This document shows positions 48,227-57,685 of a DNA stretch of 64,000 nt, in pieces. A program made the translations under genes and the position numbers. The DNA is from Dehalococcoidia bacterium (GTDB lineage Bacteria; Chloroflexota; Dehalococcoidia; Lucifugimonadales; Lucifugimonadaceae): NCBI GenBank assembly GCA_965267175.1, contig OZ253938.1:627740-691739 (forward strand). Reading direction: 5' to 3'. Every line of letters begins with the position of its first letter. Within the stretch, counting starts at the first letter, position 1. The notes under the pieces were generated by a model. It did no database searches. It worked only from the letters and a program-made list of their open reading frames with translations, and was not told the DNA's origin.

Positions 48227-48360
48227 AACGGTCTCGGGTTAGCTGATGCTGGAATTCGGTGGATGCCCGTCTGTCGAGGTCGAATCTCATAGACGGAGCA
48301 TCTAAAGAGCGCGGTGGCCGGCACGAATCAGGAACGGGCGATGGAAACCGGACAGTTGAG

Positions 48361-48795
48361 ATGATAACGGTTCGAAGCGTGTTTACGCCCGGCATCGTGG
48401 CAATTTTGATCGTCTTCGGTGTCGCGTGCTCGTCCGGTTTGGCCGGTTCTCCAACGCCAGGTGAGCCTGCGCCGGCCATCAGCAAGCGGGACGCAGTCCG
48501 TACTGCACTCACGGCCTCGCAGGACATTTACGACAACCTCGTCTCGCTCGGCACCGTCGGCGTGACGGCAAAAAGCGAGGCCGAGCCACGACAGGATGTC
48601 TCCAGCTTTTTCGTCGGCTTCGAGCTGAGAGACTTCGGAGATGTTGGTGCCTGGCTGGTCGAGGTCAGATTCGCAATGGTTGGCGCGCCGTCTGGTGCGG
48701 GAACGAGCTACACGTTGTTCGCTATCGACGCTGGCAACGGACCGGTTCTTGCGCAGAGGACATCGCCGGTGCCTTGGATAACCGGGATCAGTTGA
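48361..48795 (+). CDS. hypothetical lipoprotein
   Basis: Internal ATG gives MITVRSVFTPGIVAILIVFGVAC-SSG (signal peptide and lipobox). ORF track start is 48259. Confidence 0.5.
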   Translation: MITVRSVFTPGIVAILIVFGVACSSGLAGSPTPGEPAPAISKRDAVRTALTASQDIYDNLVSLGTVGVTAKSEAEPRQDVSSFFVGFELRDFGDVGAWLVEVRFAMVGAPSGAGTSYTLFAIDAGNGPVLAQRTSPVPWITGIS

Positions 48796-49059
48796 TGAAG
48801 GTGGAGAGACATGGCGGCGATTAGGTTCGAATGACGCTCCTACAGGCGCTCATGCGATAGCCGGAGCGTCCGCTGGTCCCGACGCACCGTATAATCTGGC
48901 GTCGCTGCGACAAGATCGCGCTTTGCAGGACTGGGACTCGCAGAGTTTCCTCAACTTCACCAGAACGCCGGAGAACGCCGGGAGAAAACGCTGAACAGCA
49001 TTAGCGCGAATAAGCGGATCATTGGCCTCGTTGGAGTTCCCGTTCTCATCCTGGTCGGC

Positions 49060-51195
49060 GTGGGGGTCGGCCTCATCTTCCTGTTGAGCGATTCTGACGA
49101 CTCAGGTGGAGATGCAGCACAGCCGAGAGCGTTCGAGTCCATCGAGGAGCTGTTTGCTCGGTCAGGACCGGACCCTTCCGAACGAATCGAGGTGCCGGGT
49201 GTTGGAGACGGGACTCCTGCGCCTGACGAGTTCGCACCGTTTGCAAACATCGCACCGGTCATCGGCCCATCGGCGCTGATCGAGAACCGATATCCGGGAG
49301 TTGCAATCTTCGACTACGACCGCGACGGAGACCTCGACTTCTATGTGACTGCGGCCGAGAGTGGTGCAATCTTCCAGATCACTCGAGGCGGCCCCAACCA
49401 CCTGTTCCGCAACGAGGGCAACGGGGTCTTCGTTGATGTTGCCGCAGAAGCTGGCGTCACGCTGGCACAGCAGAACAGCTCTGCAGTTGCCGCATGCGAC
49501 ATCGACAACGACGGCTTCCAGGATCTCTATGTAGCCGGGCATGGCCGCATAGGCGACGGCCTCGATTACCGGTCGATCGCTGACACCCCGGAGCTTGGCG
49601 CCATCATGTTGGACCGCATCCTGCTCAACAAGCAGGACGGCACGTTCGATGACATCACCGTCTTCGCGGTCGGCCAGCAGGGGAACGTCAGGTCAGCGAT
49701 GAGCGTCTCCTGTGCTGATGTTGACGGCGACGGCTGGCTGGATATCTTCGTTGGCAACCGTGCCGACCAGGATTTTGTTCGGTTCGACGACGCCCGCCAC
49801 CACGGCCACTTCAACGTCTTCTACCGCAACAACGGCGATCTGACTTTCACCGATCTCACCGTTGAATCCGGTCTCGTAAGCCCGCAGATCAAGCTTCTTG
49901 ACGAGAACGGTGTTCCGATCACCTTTTCAAGCGTTGACGGACGTACGCTTGTCGGGTTCGACCAGTCGCTGGTCGACGGCAACAACCGGCTGGCAGGCGA
50001 CCCGGCGGGCCAGACGTGGGCCTCGATGTTCTTCGACTATGACAACGACGGTGATCCTGACCTGTGGATCGCGGATGACGGCGACGTGCTGAAGCTGTAT
50101 CGCAATGACAGCGCAGACGGGCAGATCATCTTCACTGCCGTACAAAATGAACTCGGCATTGGCATGTCCGGCCAGTGGATGGGCTTTGGACTTGGCGACT
50201 ACGACGGCGATGCCGACCTCGATGTGTTCGTGACAAACATGGGGTTCCATCGGCTCGCATCACCGCAGCCGATTCCGCCCGGCGGCGACTGCGCCTACTC
50301 GTCGCAGTACGGCTGGGGGACCTGCTATCACTGGCTGCTGGAGAACAATGGCCAGGGCGGGTTCACGAATATGGCAGGCGAGACCAGCATTCAACACAGC
50401 GAGGTTCTGCCGCCTGAAGCCCTGAATGACGATTTCTTTGCTCCTGACTGGACGTTGCCCAAAGGGCTTGAGGCCTACGAGTTCGGTTTTGGCACGGCGT
50501 TCTTCGACATGGAGAACGATGGCGATCAAGACCTGTACTGGCTCGGATCGCTTGCATCTCGCGGTGAAGGCCCGAACGGTGGCCTTGCCCCTGCGTTCGG
50601 CCGGTTGCTTCAGAACACCGCCAGCGGCTTCAAAGATGTGACGATCGAGGCACGTGTCGTCGACGCACTCGGCGTTGATTACGCCAACCTGGATCTTGAC
50701 GACCCTTCCAGCAGCAGGCTTGGCGTTCAGTTCCATGAGAATGGCAAGGGCGTTGCGGTTGGCGATCTGAACGGTGACGGCTTCCCTGACCTGATCGTGA
50801 CGAACAGCAACGGCGAGTCACTGGATGCCGAAGGGAGACGGATCGCCGTCGGTGGGCCGCTCTTCGTCTGGATGAACAGTGGCGGTGACAACAACTGGGT
50901 AACTCTCCAACTCCGAGGTCGGATGTCGGAAGACCGCACGGGCTCTAACGCAGATGCAATCGGAGCGCGCTTGACCCTGGTTTCAACCGGATTTGGTGGC
51001 CAGCCCCGGACCCAGGTGAGAGAGGTGCTCGGCTCTTCGAGTTTCCTGTCAATGAGTTCACTGGACGTGCAGTTCGGTCTCGGACCTGCGGAGTCGATCG
51101 ACTCGCTGACGATCGAGTGGCCGAGCGGACTGGTTCAGGAACTCAGCGGACTCCAGGTCAACACTACGCACCAGATACTTGAGCCAGCGAGCTAG
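49060..51195 (+). CDS. FG-GAP repeat / ASPIC-UnbV (CRTAC1-like) protein
   Basis: Seven DxDxDGxxD-type FG-GAP loops (for example DYDRDGDLDFYV, DVDGDGWLDIFV). The C-terminal UnbV_ASPIC pattern is SNADAIGARLTL...GSSSFLSMSS..QFGLG...IEWPSG. The real start is probably upstream (see finding). Confidence 0.85.
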   Translation: MGVGLIFLLSDSDDSGGDAAQPRAFESIEELFARSGPDPSERIEVPGVGDGTPAPDEFAPFANIAPVIGPSALIENRYPGVAIFDYDRDGDLDFYVTAAESGAIFQITRGGPNHLFRNEGNGVFVDVAAEAGVTLAQQNSSAVAACDIDNDGFQDLYVAGHGRIGDGLDYRSIADTPELGAIMLDRILLNKQDGTFDDITVFAVGQQGNVRSAMSVSCADVDGDGWLDIFVGNRADQDFVRFDDARHHGHFNVFYRNNGDLTFTDLTVESGLVSPQIKLLDENGVPITFSSVDGRTLVGFDQSLVDGNNRLAGDPAGQTWASMFFDYDNDGDPDLWIADDGDVLKLYRNDSADGQIIFTAVQNELGIGMSGQWMGFGLGDYDGDADLDVFVTNMGFHRLASPQPIPPGGDCAYSSQYGWGTCYHWLLENNGQGGFTNMAGETSIQHSEVLPPEALNDDFFAPDWTLPKGLEAYEFGFGTAFFDMENDGDQDLYWLGSLASRGEGPNGGLAPAFGRLLQNTASGFKDVTIEARVVDALGVDYANLDLDDPSSSRLGVQFHENGKGVAVGDLNGDGFPDLIVTNSNGESLDAEGRRIAVGGPLFVWMNSGGDNNWVTLQLRGRMSEDRTGSNADAIGARLTLVSTGFGGQPRTQVREVLGSSSFLSMSSLDVQFGLGPAESIDSLTIEWPSGLVQELSGLQVNTTHQILEPAS

Positions 51196-51361
51196 TCACA
51201 CTGTCTCACTCGATTCGGCCATTCAGGGCCAAACTTTGTGATTCTTCCGCGTATCGAACTACAATGCGCCACCAGAAACGTCAATAACCGCTCACAGCAC
51301 GGTCCAGGGTCGACAACGGCCAGCGGGTGAGTGGCGCCCTGAAAATCACCGAGGTAGCAAC

Positions 51362-52024
51362 ATGAACCTGAGGCTGAATCCGTTCCAATGGCGGCTTGCA
51401 CTGCCGCTCCTGATCATCTTGATGGTGCTGATAACGGCATGCGGCACGGACGACGGCTCCGGTGCGAACTCGGATGGCTCTGGAAGCTCTGCCGAGCGGA
51501 ATCCTGCCGATTTCACCATCCAGACCGATGTCGTTTTCTCGATAGACGACCTGAAAGCACTTGGTTGGAAGGAGCAGCGAGACCTGCTGCTTGACTACCC
51601 GGAATCGACCGATGCGAAGTGGGGTTTCATCAACACCAAGGAGCTTGGGGTTCTTGTCTATCCGTCAGCGGCTATCGCCCAGGTGCAGGGTGCGCAGGCG
51701 GCGCTGGAGCAGACGGCGATTGGACCCGACGGTAAGGCGGTCGGCGAGCAGGACCGGATCTCATGCCGGCAGGCACAGGGTCAGAGCGCAGTCGGTCTGA
51801 TGGAGTCTGAATCCGGCCAAGACCGCGACTCATCGAAGGCGTTCCACATCTCATTCTCATCCGACACCACTCTCGAGCAGAGGGTCTGTGCCAACAAGTT
51901 CCCAAAGTACACGGAGTTCCGCATTCTCGGCAACATGGTGCTGCTCTGCGAGGGCGAGGGCCCGACTGGCGACGGCGCTTCCAAGAACTGCAAGGACCTG
52001 CCAGACCAGCTCCAGGGCAAGTAG
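51362..52024 (+). CDS. small lipoprotein, divergent member of the YGD(Y/F)VILGN-LC family
   Basis: Signal peptide and lipobox (LITAC-GTDDGSG). The C-terminal KYTEFRILGNMVLLCEG...KNC matches the four tandem genes at 55624-58261. Confidence 0.65.
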   Translation: MNLRLNPFQWRLALPLLIILMVLITACGTDDGSGANSDGSGSSAERNPADFTIQTDVVFSIDDLKALGWKEQRDLLLDYPESTDAKWGFINTKELGVLVYPSAAIAQVQGAQAALEQTAIGPDGKAVGEQDRISCRQAQGQSAVGLMESESGQDRDSSKAFHISFSSDTTLEQRVCANKFPKYTEFRILGNMVLLCEGEGPTGDGASKNCKDLPDQLQGK

Positions 52025-52063
52025 TCTTCGGCCGATCGCTCGGAGAATTTGAGTCCAGTGCGG

Positions 52064-53488
52064 CTAGAACTGGAAGTAGATGAATTCGCCGCCTTCTGAG
52101 CTTCGCATCACCAGTATTCCGGTGAAGAAGAGCGTTGCGAGCGTGGCCTGCCCTGCCCTTGTGGCGCTGAGTGATGGCCGGGCGACACTGAATCGGCTAA
52201 GGTCGAGCGCGCCTGCAGCCGTGTGCAGCCAGATCGGTATCGAGTAGATCATCACCTGTATGAGCAAGAACGCAGCAAGCTCGAAGCCCTGTGCTGTTTC
52301 GTCGAGGGGCGACGTGGTGAGAACGCCCCAGATGTGCGCAGTGCTGGACTCGCGGAAGAACAACCAGCCAGTGCTCACAAGCACGAAAGTGATGGGCACA
52401 GCGAGCGGCTTCAGCAGGGGGCTAAGGTTTGCGCCTACCGGCACAACTCGTTGTAAGTACACGAGCGTTCCGTGATAGCCGCCCCAGAGCGCGAAGTTCC
52501 ACGAGGCGCCGTGCCACAGGCCACTCAGCAGGAACGTTGCCATCAGGTTTACGCCTGACCGCGCCTGGCCCGTTCGGGAGCCGCCGAGCGGGATGTAGAC
52601 GTAGTCACGGAACCATGTCGAGAGCGAGACATGCCACCGGCGCCAGAAATCGGCAGGCGACCGGGCCATATGAGGATGCCGGAAGTTCTGTGACAGGTTG
52701 ATGCCGAAGAGGCGCGCCGTGCCTCGCGCGATGTCCGTGTAGCCCGAGAAGTCGGCGAAGATCTGCAGTCCAAACGCCAGCACACCGACCCAGATCAGGG
52801 CGAACCCCGGCGATTCGGTGGCGAACGCGCGGTCTGCAATCACGCCGACGTTGTCAGCGATCACCAGTTTCTTGAAGAAGCCCCAGAGGATGAGCATCAC
52901 CGCGCTCTGCAACACCTGCGGAGATGTGGTCCGCTTCGACTCGAACTGGGGCAGCAGTCTTGCCGCTCGCTCGATAGGTCCCGCCACCAGTTGCGGGAAG
53001 AACGAGATGAACAGGGCGAAGTCGAGCAGGTTTCGTCGCGCTTCCACCCTGCCCTGGTGCACGTCGATCACGTAGCCGAGACCCTGCAACGTGTAGAACG
53101 AGATACCGATTGGCAGGATGATGTTCAGCGTGTTCGAGAATGTGCCGAGGCCGATGGAATCGACGAAGTCACTGGCGCTGTCTACGAAGAAACCGAGGTA
53201 CTTGAATACAGCGATGACAAGCAGCGTTGCAGCGATTGCCGACCAGAGCGGGAGTAGGCCTTTGAACACTGATGCCGAACGTTCTCCCTGTGGCCGGACG
53301 GAGATCGCACTGAAGTACATCGCCAGCGTGAAGCCTGCGAGTAGCAGGGTCAGCAGCGGGTCGACGTAGCCATAGAAGACGTAACTGGCGACCAGCAGCA
53401 ACAGGTTTTGCTGTTTACGACCGAGCAGCCAGTACAGCGCGAACACCGCCAGTAAGAGCGCGATAAATGACAGAGTCTGGAATGTCAT
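52064..53488 (-). CDS. MBOAT-family O-acyltransferase (AlgI/DltB/PatA-like)
   Basis: 474 aa and multi-pass. FWRRWHVSLSTWFRDYVYIPLGGSR and the conserved His in LLSGLWHGASWNF. Confidence 0.9.
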   Translation of the reverse strand: MTFQTLSFIALLLAVFALYWLLGRKQQNLLLLVASYVFYGYVDPLLTLLLAGFTLAMYFSAISVRPQGERSASVFKGLLPLWSAIAATLLVIAVFKYLGFFVDSASDFVDSIGLGTFSNTLNIILPIGISFYTLQGLGYVIDVHQGRVEARRNLLDFALFISFFPQLVAGPIERAARLLPQFESKRTTSPQVLQSAVMLILWGFFKKLVIADNVGVIADRAFATESPGFALIWVGVLAFGLQIFADFSGYTDIARGTARLFGINLSQNFRHPHMARSPADFWRRWHVSLSTWFRDYVYIPLGGSRTGQARSGVNLMATFLLSGLWHGASWNFALWGGYHGTLVYLQRVVPVGANLSPLLKPLAVPITFVLVSTGWLFFRESSTAHIWGVLTTSPLDETAQGFELAAFLLIQVMIYSIPIWLHTAAGALDLSRFSVARPSLSATRAGQATLATLFFTGILVMRSSEGGEFIYFQF

Positions 53489-54525
53489 CCGCCCTCCTCC
53501 GTTCCACTTGCGACGCCGCGCAACAGGTGCGCCGCCTCCCGGAAGAAGATCTCCGTGTAGTCGAGCAGGTAGAGTTGGCGAATGTGGAAGCTGTCGTAGT
53601 AGAGGGCCCGGTCAACGGCACTGTTGCCGGTGAAGTCAAAGTAGTCGAGGTCACGTTCTGCCAGGTAGCTGGCAAGGTGATCCGAGTAGCGCCGCATGCT
53701 TTCGGTCTCACGCACCGAGCCGTCGAGGTTGGGACGCGCCTGCACCCGCACAAATACGAGGTTGATGCTATTTTCAGCGGCGATCTGCAGCATCAGGGGC
53801 AGGAACGACGGCTCAACTGAATCGGCGAACGGTCTTTCGGGGTCGGGAGGTGGAGGGTCTTCGTCAGCCCCTCGCTGGTTGTGGAATGCGAACTGGTCAT
53901 CTGCCAGCGACGACAGTTCGTCACGGTTGGATGGCAGGAACGCTGCTGACAGTTCGGAGACTGCATCGAGCGCCTCGTCTTTCTGTCGCTGAACCGGATA
54001 GACCCGTTCGAGAGAATGGATCGCCTGTTGGTGCAGTGAACGGCGGGCTTCGAGAACCTCCTCAAACTCACCGTCGTCTGAGCTCCGCAGGGACGCGATC
54101 AGCTCTCGGTTCCGCTCATCGAGCGGGGCAAGCGGCTGGGTGATCAGGTCGTTGCGAAAGAAGACGAAGACGGTGTCAGGCGGTGAATCGGTCGCAGCAA
54201 CCAGGTTTTTCAGTTGCAGATACCAGACGGCGGACTGGGAGCCGGGTTCGGCGAGCGACACCACTTCAGTCCCATCCAGCAATTCAGATAGATGATCGGG
54301 ATCGATACGCGTTTCTAGCATCGAGTTGCCGATGAAGACGATCTCTGGTTGTCGTGCGTTCAGATCGTCCAGTGAAGCCTGGTCGAATTCAGTGTCCTGC
54401 CAGAATCGCAGTAACAGCGCAGGTGTGGCGAAGACGATCAGAAGGAACGCCGCGAGCCAGAACCATTGCCGGCGCTCAGTCTCAGCAGCCCGCGCTTCGG
54501 CTTCTCCGGCAAGGTCAGCCTTCAC
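53485..54525 (-). CDS. membrane-anchored SGNH-like protein, putative MBOAT partner (DltD/AlgJ/PatB-like role)
   Basis: N-terminal TM helix (WFWLAAFLLIVFATPALLL). Candidate SGNH blocks are IVFIGNSM (I), VFVFFRND (III) and YDSFHI (V). Overlaps the MBOAT gene by 4 nt. Confidence 0.6.
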   Translation of the reverse strand: MKADLAGEAEARAAETERRQWFWLAAFLLIVFATPALLLRFWQDTEFDQASLDDLNARQPEIVFIGNSMLETRIDPDHLSELLDGTEVVSLAEPGSQSAVWYLQLKNLVAATDSPPDTVFVFFRNDLITQPLAPLDERNRELIASLRSSDDGEFEEVLEARRSLHQQAIHSLERVYPVQRQKDEALDAVSELSAAFLPSNRDELSSLADDQFAFHNQRGADEDPPPPDPERPFADSVEPSFLPLMLQIAAENSINLVFVRVQARPNLDGSVRETESMRRYSDHLASYLAERDLDYFDFTGNSAVDRALYYDSFHIRQLYLLDYTEIFFREAAHLLRGVASGTEEGG

Positions 54526-54534
54526 CTCTACCGC

Positions 54535-55428
54535 CTAAGAGACCGGAATCCTGGTCTTGAACTCCGGCTTGCCCTGGATTCCGACCTTGACCCGGTACAG
54601 ATCTCCGCCGCGATACGTCGAAAGCTCGAAGCCATCGGGCTCCATACCGGAGAGCGTGCCATCGGAGCCGAACGATGCGGTCGTCACATACAGCTCGTCC
54701 AGATCTTTGCCGCCGAACATTGCGCTCGACGTCTGTGCAGCAGGTATCTCGACACGTCGTTCCTCCTTGCCGTCCGGGTCGAAGCGGACGACCATGCCGC
54801 CGTACCAGATCGCCGACCAGACGAAGCCCTCGGCATCCACAGTCATCCCGTCCGGGATCCCGACCGATGAACTGACCGTTGTGAACACACGCTTGTTACT
54901 GATGTCGCCAGTCGCCGCATCTCGGTCCCATGCGTAGATCTCACCGGCAACAGAATCGGTCGAGTAGAAGGTCTTGAGGTCAGGTGAGAAGCCCATGCCG
55001 TTGCAGAGTCCAATGCCTGTGTCGATCACCTCGGCGCTGCCATCGGGCTTGAACCTGAAGACTGAGCACACATCGAGGTGTCCGCTGCCGCCGATGAAGC
55101 TGCCGTCAGGACCCGCGATCACGTCATTCAGCTTGATCGGCTGGCCGTCCACCTCGCCGTGATGGAGCCACTTCCAGTCGTCATCTGAACGCCACTGCTT
55201 CACACCTTCCCACGTTCCGACGGTCAGTCCTCCCGGCTCGTTCACAGCAACGCCGGCTACGAACTCGCCATCGTGGAGTTGCTTGTTGACGCCCGTTGCG
55301 GGATCGTATTCCCAGAACCTGCCGCCCTGGATATCCGTCCAGTAGAGAATCTGGCGGTCTCCGTCCCATACAGGGCCTTCGCCCACGATAGCGTTCTCGG
55401 CAGCCAGCTTCTCGACCTCGTAGTTCAT
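54535..55428 (-). CDS. SMP-30/gluconolactonase/LRE-family protein
   Basis: EGPVWDGDRQILYWTDIQGGRFWEYDP, a six-bladed propeller pattern and PDGMTVDAEG. Confidence 0.85.
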   Translation of the reverse strand: MNYEVEKLAAENAIVGEGPVWDGDRQILYWTDIQGGRFWEYDPATGVNKQLHDGEFVAGVAVNEPGGLTVGTWEGVKQWRSDDDWKWLHHGEVDGQPIKLNDVIAGPDGSFIGGSGHLDVCSVFRFKPDGSAEVIDTGIGLCNGMGFSPDLKTFYSTDSVAGEIYAWDRDAATGDISNKRVFTTVSSSVGIPDGMTVDAEGFVWSAIWYGGMVVRFDPDGKEERRVEIPAAQTSSAMFGGKDLDELYVTTASFGSDGTLSGMEPDGFELSTYRGGDLYRVKVGIQGKPEFKTRIPVS

Positions 55429-55623
55429 CAGACTCCTCGCTCGTAATCCATTGGCCTGTTTGCTGGCGGGAGGTTACATGTAGTCGCCGCAGATGGGAAC
55501 TGGCGGTCTCCGGCACCAGATTCCAGTTGGCGGTGCAGTTCGGCCTGCGGTGCCATACAATGCCGCCGCTATGAAGCACTAAAGACGTTTTTCGACACCA
55601 CGACTCCAACTCGGGACGGATCG

Positions 55624-56193
55624 ATGGACGAGGTAGCTAAACGAAATCGGATCTACTTACGAACGGTGCTGGTCAGCGCAGTAGCGCTCGCATCCCTGGT
55701 TATCGCGGCCTGCGGTTCAGGCGGAAGTGATGTTGAGTTTGAGCGGATCCAGGACACTGGGTCTGTGCTGACACCGGAGAATGTGTTCGCGGCTGGATTC
55801 AGGGAGTCGAAGACCTACTCGGTTGAGGGGCTCCCTGGCGCGAGTGACGCCATGTTCGGCTTCTGGAGAGCGTCGGGTGGCGATCCACTCGACTACGAAC
55901 TGCGTTTCTACGCTTCTCACGGCGACGCTGTCAGCCTCGGAACTGCGCCCGCCGAGGAGGGAACCGGCGATGACGCCGTCCTCGACGCGGAATCCGCAAC
56001 CTATAAAGAGGGCGTACAGGACCGCAGGACGATCATTGGGGCCGGCGGCGGTGGAGGCGCACGAAGCGGCATCGGGCCGAAGTACGCCGATTTCGTCATC
56101 TACAACAACGTCGTGATCCTGTGCCCGGGAGGGCAGGTCGAGCAGTCGCACGAGCGCTGCGCAGACCTGATCGAAGCGGTTGGAGGTCAGTAG
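55624..56193 (+). CDS. small lipoprotein, YGD(Y/F)VILGN-LC family, copy 1 of tandem array
   Basis: Lipobox VIAAC-GSGG. Shared motifs SKTYSVEGLPGA, YELRFYASHGDAV, TGDDAV, DRR, KYADFVIYNNVVILCPG...ERC. Confidence 0.7.
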   Translation: MDEVAKRNRIYLRTVLVSAVALASLVIAACGSGGSDVEFERIQDTGSVLTPENVFAAGFRESKTYSVEGLPGASDAMFGFWRASGGDPLDYELRFYASHGDAVSLGTAPAEEGTGDDAVLDAESATYKEGVQDRRTIIGAGGGGGARSGIGPKYADFVIYNNVVILCPGGQVEQSHERCADLIEAVGGQ

Positions 56194-56206
56194 TCTGAAC
56201 AGACCA

Positions 56207-56785
56207 ATGTTCGGTATCTCTCGAACGAATCGCCTGATTGCTAGACGGGGCGTGCTGACGCTCTTCGTTCTCTCGGCATTGGCACTCGCCGCAGGCTGCG
56301 GTACAGACGATTCCGAAGATACGAGTCCCGAGTTCGCGCAGGTGGTCGCCTCTGAGACCACATACGGCCTGGCTGATGTCGAGGCTGTCGGCTACAAGGT
56401 CTCGAAATCGTATGACGTCGAAGGGCTCATCGGTGCTACAGAAGCGCACTACGGCTTCTGGCAGAACCCGACGGTTGGTGGTCCTGTGGACTACGAGGTG
56501 AGGGTCTACCCGTCGCACTCCGTTGCGGTTGAGTCTGGAACTACGCAGGCTGAGGAGGTGACCGGTGAGGACGCCCTGCTGACCAGTAACAACTCAACCT
56601 GGTCGGAAGGCCTGTCGGATCGGCGGGTCATCGTCGGAGGCGGTAGCCGGGGAAGAAGCGCGGCCAGGTATGGCGACTATGTCATCCTGGGGAACCTGAT
56701 CGTGCTCTGCCAGGGACGAAGTGCAGACCAGTCACAGGAGCGGTGCGACGATCTGGTCACTGCTATCAGAACGACCGGTTCATGA
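56207..56785 (+). CDS. small lipoprotein, same family, copy 2
   Basis: Start at the internal ATG (MFGISRTNRL...). Lipobox LAAGC-GTDD. Motifs SKSYDVEGLIGA, YEVRVYPSHSVAV, TGEDAL, DRR, RYGDYVILGNLIVLCQG...ERC. Confidence 0.7.
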   Translation: MFGISRTNRLIARRGVLTLFVLSALALAAGCGTDDSEDTSPEFAQVVASETTYGLADVEAVGYKVSKSYDVEGLIGATEAHYGFWQNPTVGGPVDYEVRVYPSHSVAVESGTTQAEEVTGEDALLTSNNSTWSEGLSDRRVIVGGGSRGRSAARYGDYVILGNLIVLCQGRSADQSQERCDDLVTAIRTTGS

Positions 56786-56955
56786 TCTGCCTACCTCAAC
56801 CGGCAAAGTCGAACGGTTTCGTGAGGTATAATCGCTCCCAATTTCGATACCGAGGTATGGACCTGGTCGTTACGAACAGTCCTGCGCCCCAAGGATCGTA
56901 AAAATTGAGAGCACGGGGGACGTTTCGGCGTTTGTCAGACCAAGGAGTGAGCAAG

Positions 56956-57579
56956 ATGAGTCATATCTCACGGATTAGACCCCTGCGCAGCCCTGTGTGG
57001 CTAATGATCGCGCTGTCGATAGTCGCAATTGCCGCAGTCGCCTGCGGTTCGGACGACGGCGGCGACGGTGGATCGAGCGGTGTCGGCTCTTCCAGCGACA
57101 GCGGATTTGCCAAGATCGCCCAGCCTGAAGAGATGTTCTCTCTCGAAAGGCTCGAGGCCGACCTTGGACTCCTTTTCAAGGAGAGCAAGACGTATGACGT
57201 TGAGGGCTTGGATGGCGCCACAGCGGCATACTACGGCTTCTTTGGACCTGACCCCTACGATCGCGCTGAGGTCGAGATCCGACTGTATCCGTCGCATCAA
57301 GTTGCACTCGACCAGGGCGTCTCGTTTGCAGACGAGTCAACCGGCGAAGATGCCGTGCTGCTTGAAGATGTGCAACGTTGGGACGAAGGTCTTACTCAGC
57401 GTCGTCAGTGTGCCGGCAACGGCGGACACCACTCTGGCAAGTGCGACAATGCCAAGTACGGAGACTATGTGATCCGCGGCAACATGGTTCTCATGTGCCA
57501 GGGCAAGGACTCTGTCGACGCTCTGAAGAATTGTGAAGAGTTCCTCGACGCAGTCGCAAACGCAGGTACCGGCGCTTAA
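56956..57579 (+). CDS. small lipoprotein, same family, copy 3
   Basis: The ATG is preceded by an AAGGAG SD, and TATAAT lies at 56827-56832 upstream. Lipobox AAVAC-GSDDGG. Motifs SKTYDVEGLDGA, VEIRLYPSHQVAL, TGEDAV, QRRQC...C..KYGDYVIRGNMVLMCQG...NC. Confidence 0.7.
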   Translation: MSHISRIRPLRSPVWLMIALSIVAIAAVACGSDDGGDGGSSGVGSSSDSGFAKIAQPEEMFSLERLEADLGLLFKESKTYDVEGLDGATAAYYGFFGPDPYDRAEVEIRLYPSHQVALDQGVSFADESTGEDAVLLEDVQRWDEGLTQRRQCAGNGGHHSGKCDNAKYGDYVIRGNMVLMCQGKDSVDALKNCEEFLDAVANAGTGA

Positions 57580-57685
57580 GTAGTCCGTTTTCAGGTAGTG
57601 GCTTAAGTCGACGGCAGCACCGTAGCTGATGAGGCCGCCGCAATCGCGAGACTCGAATTCCAGCTAACACAGGCAGGCGAATCAG

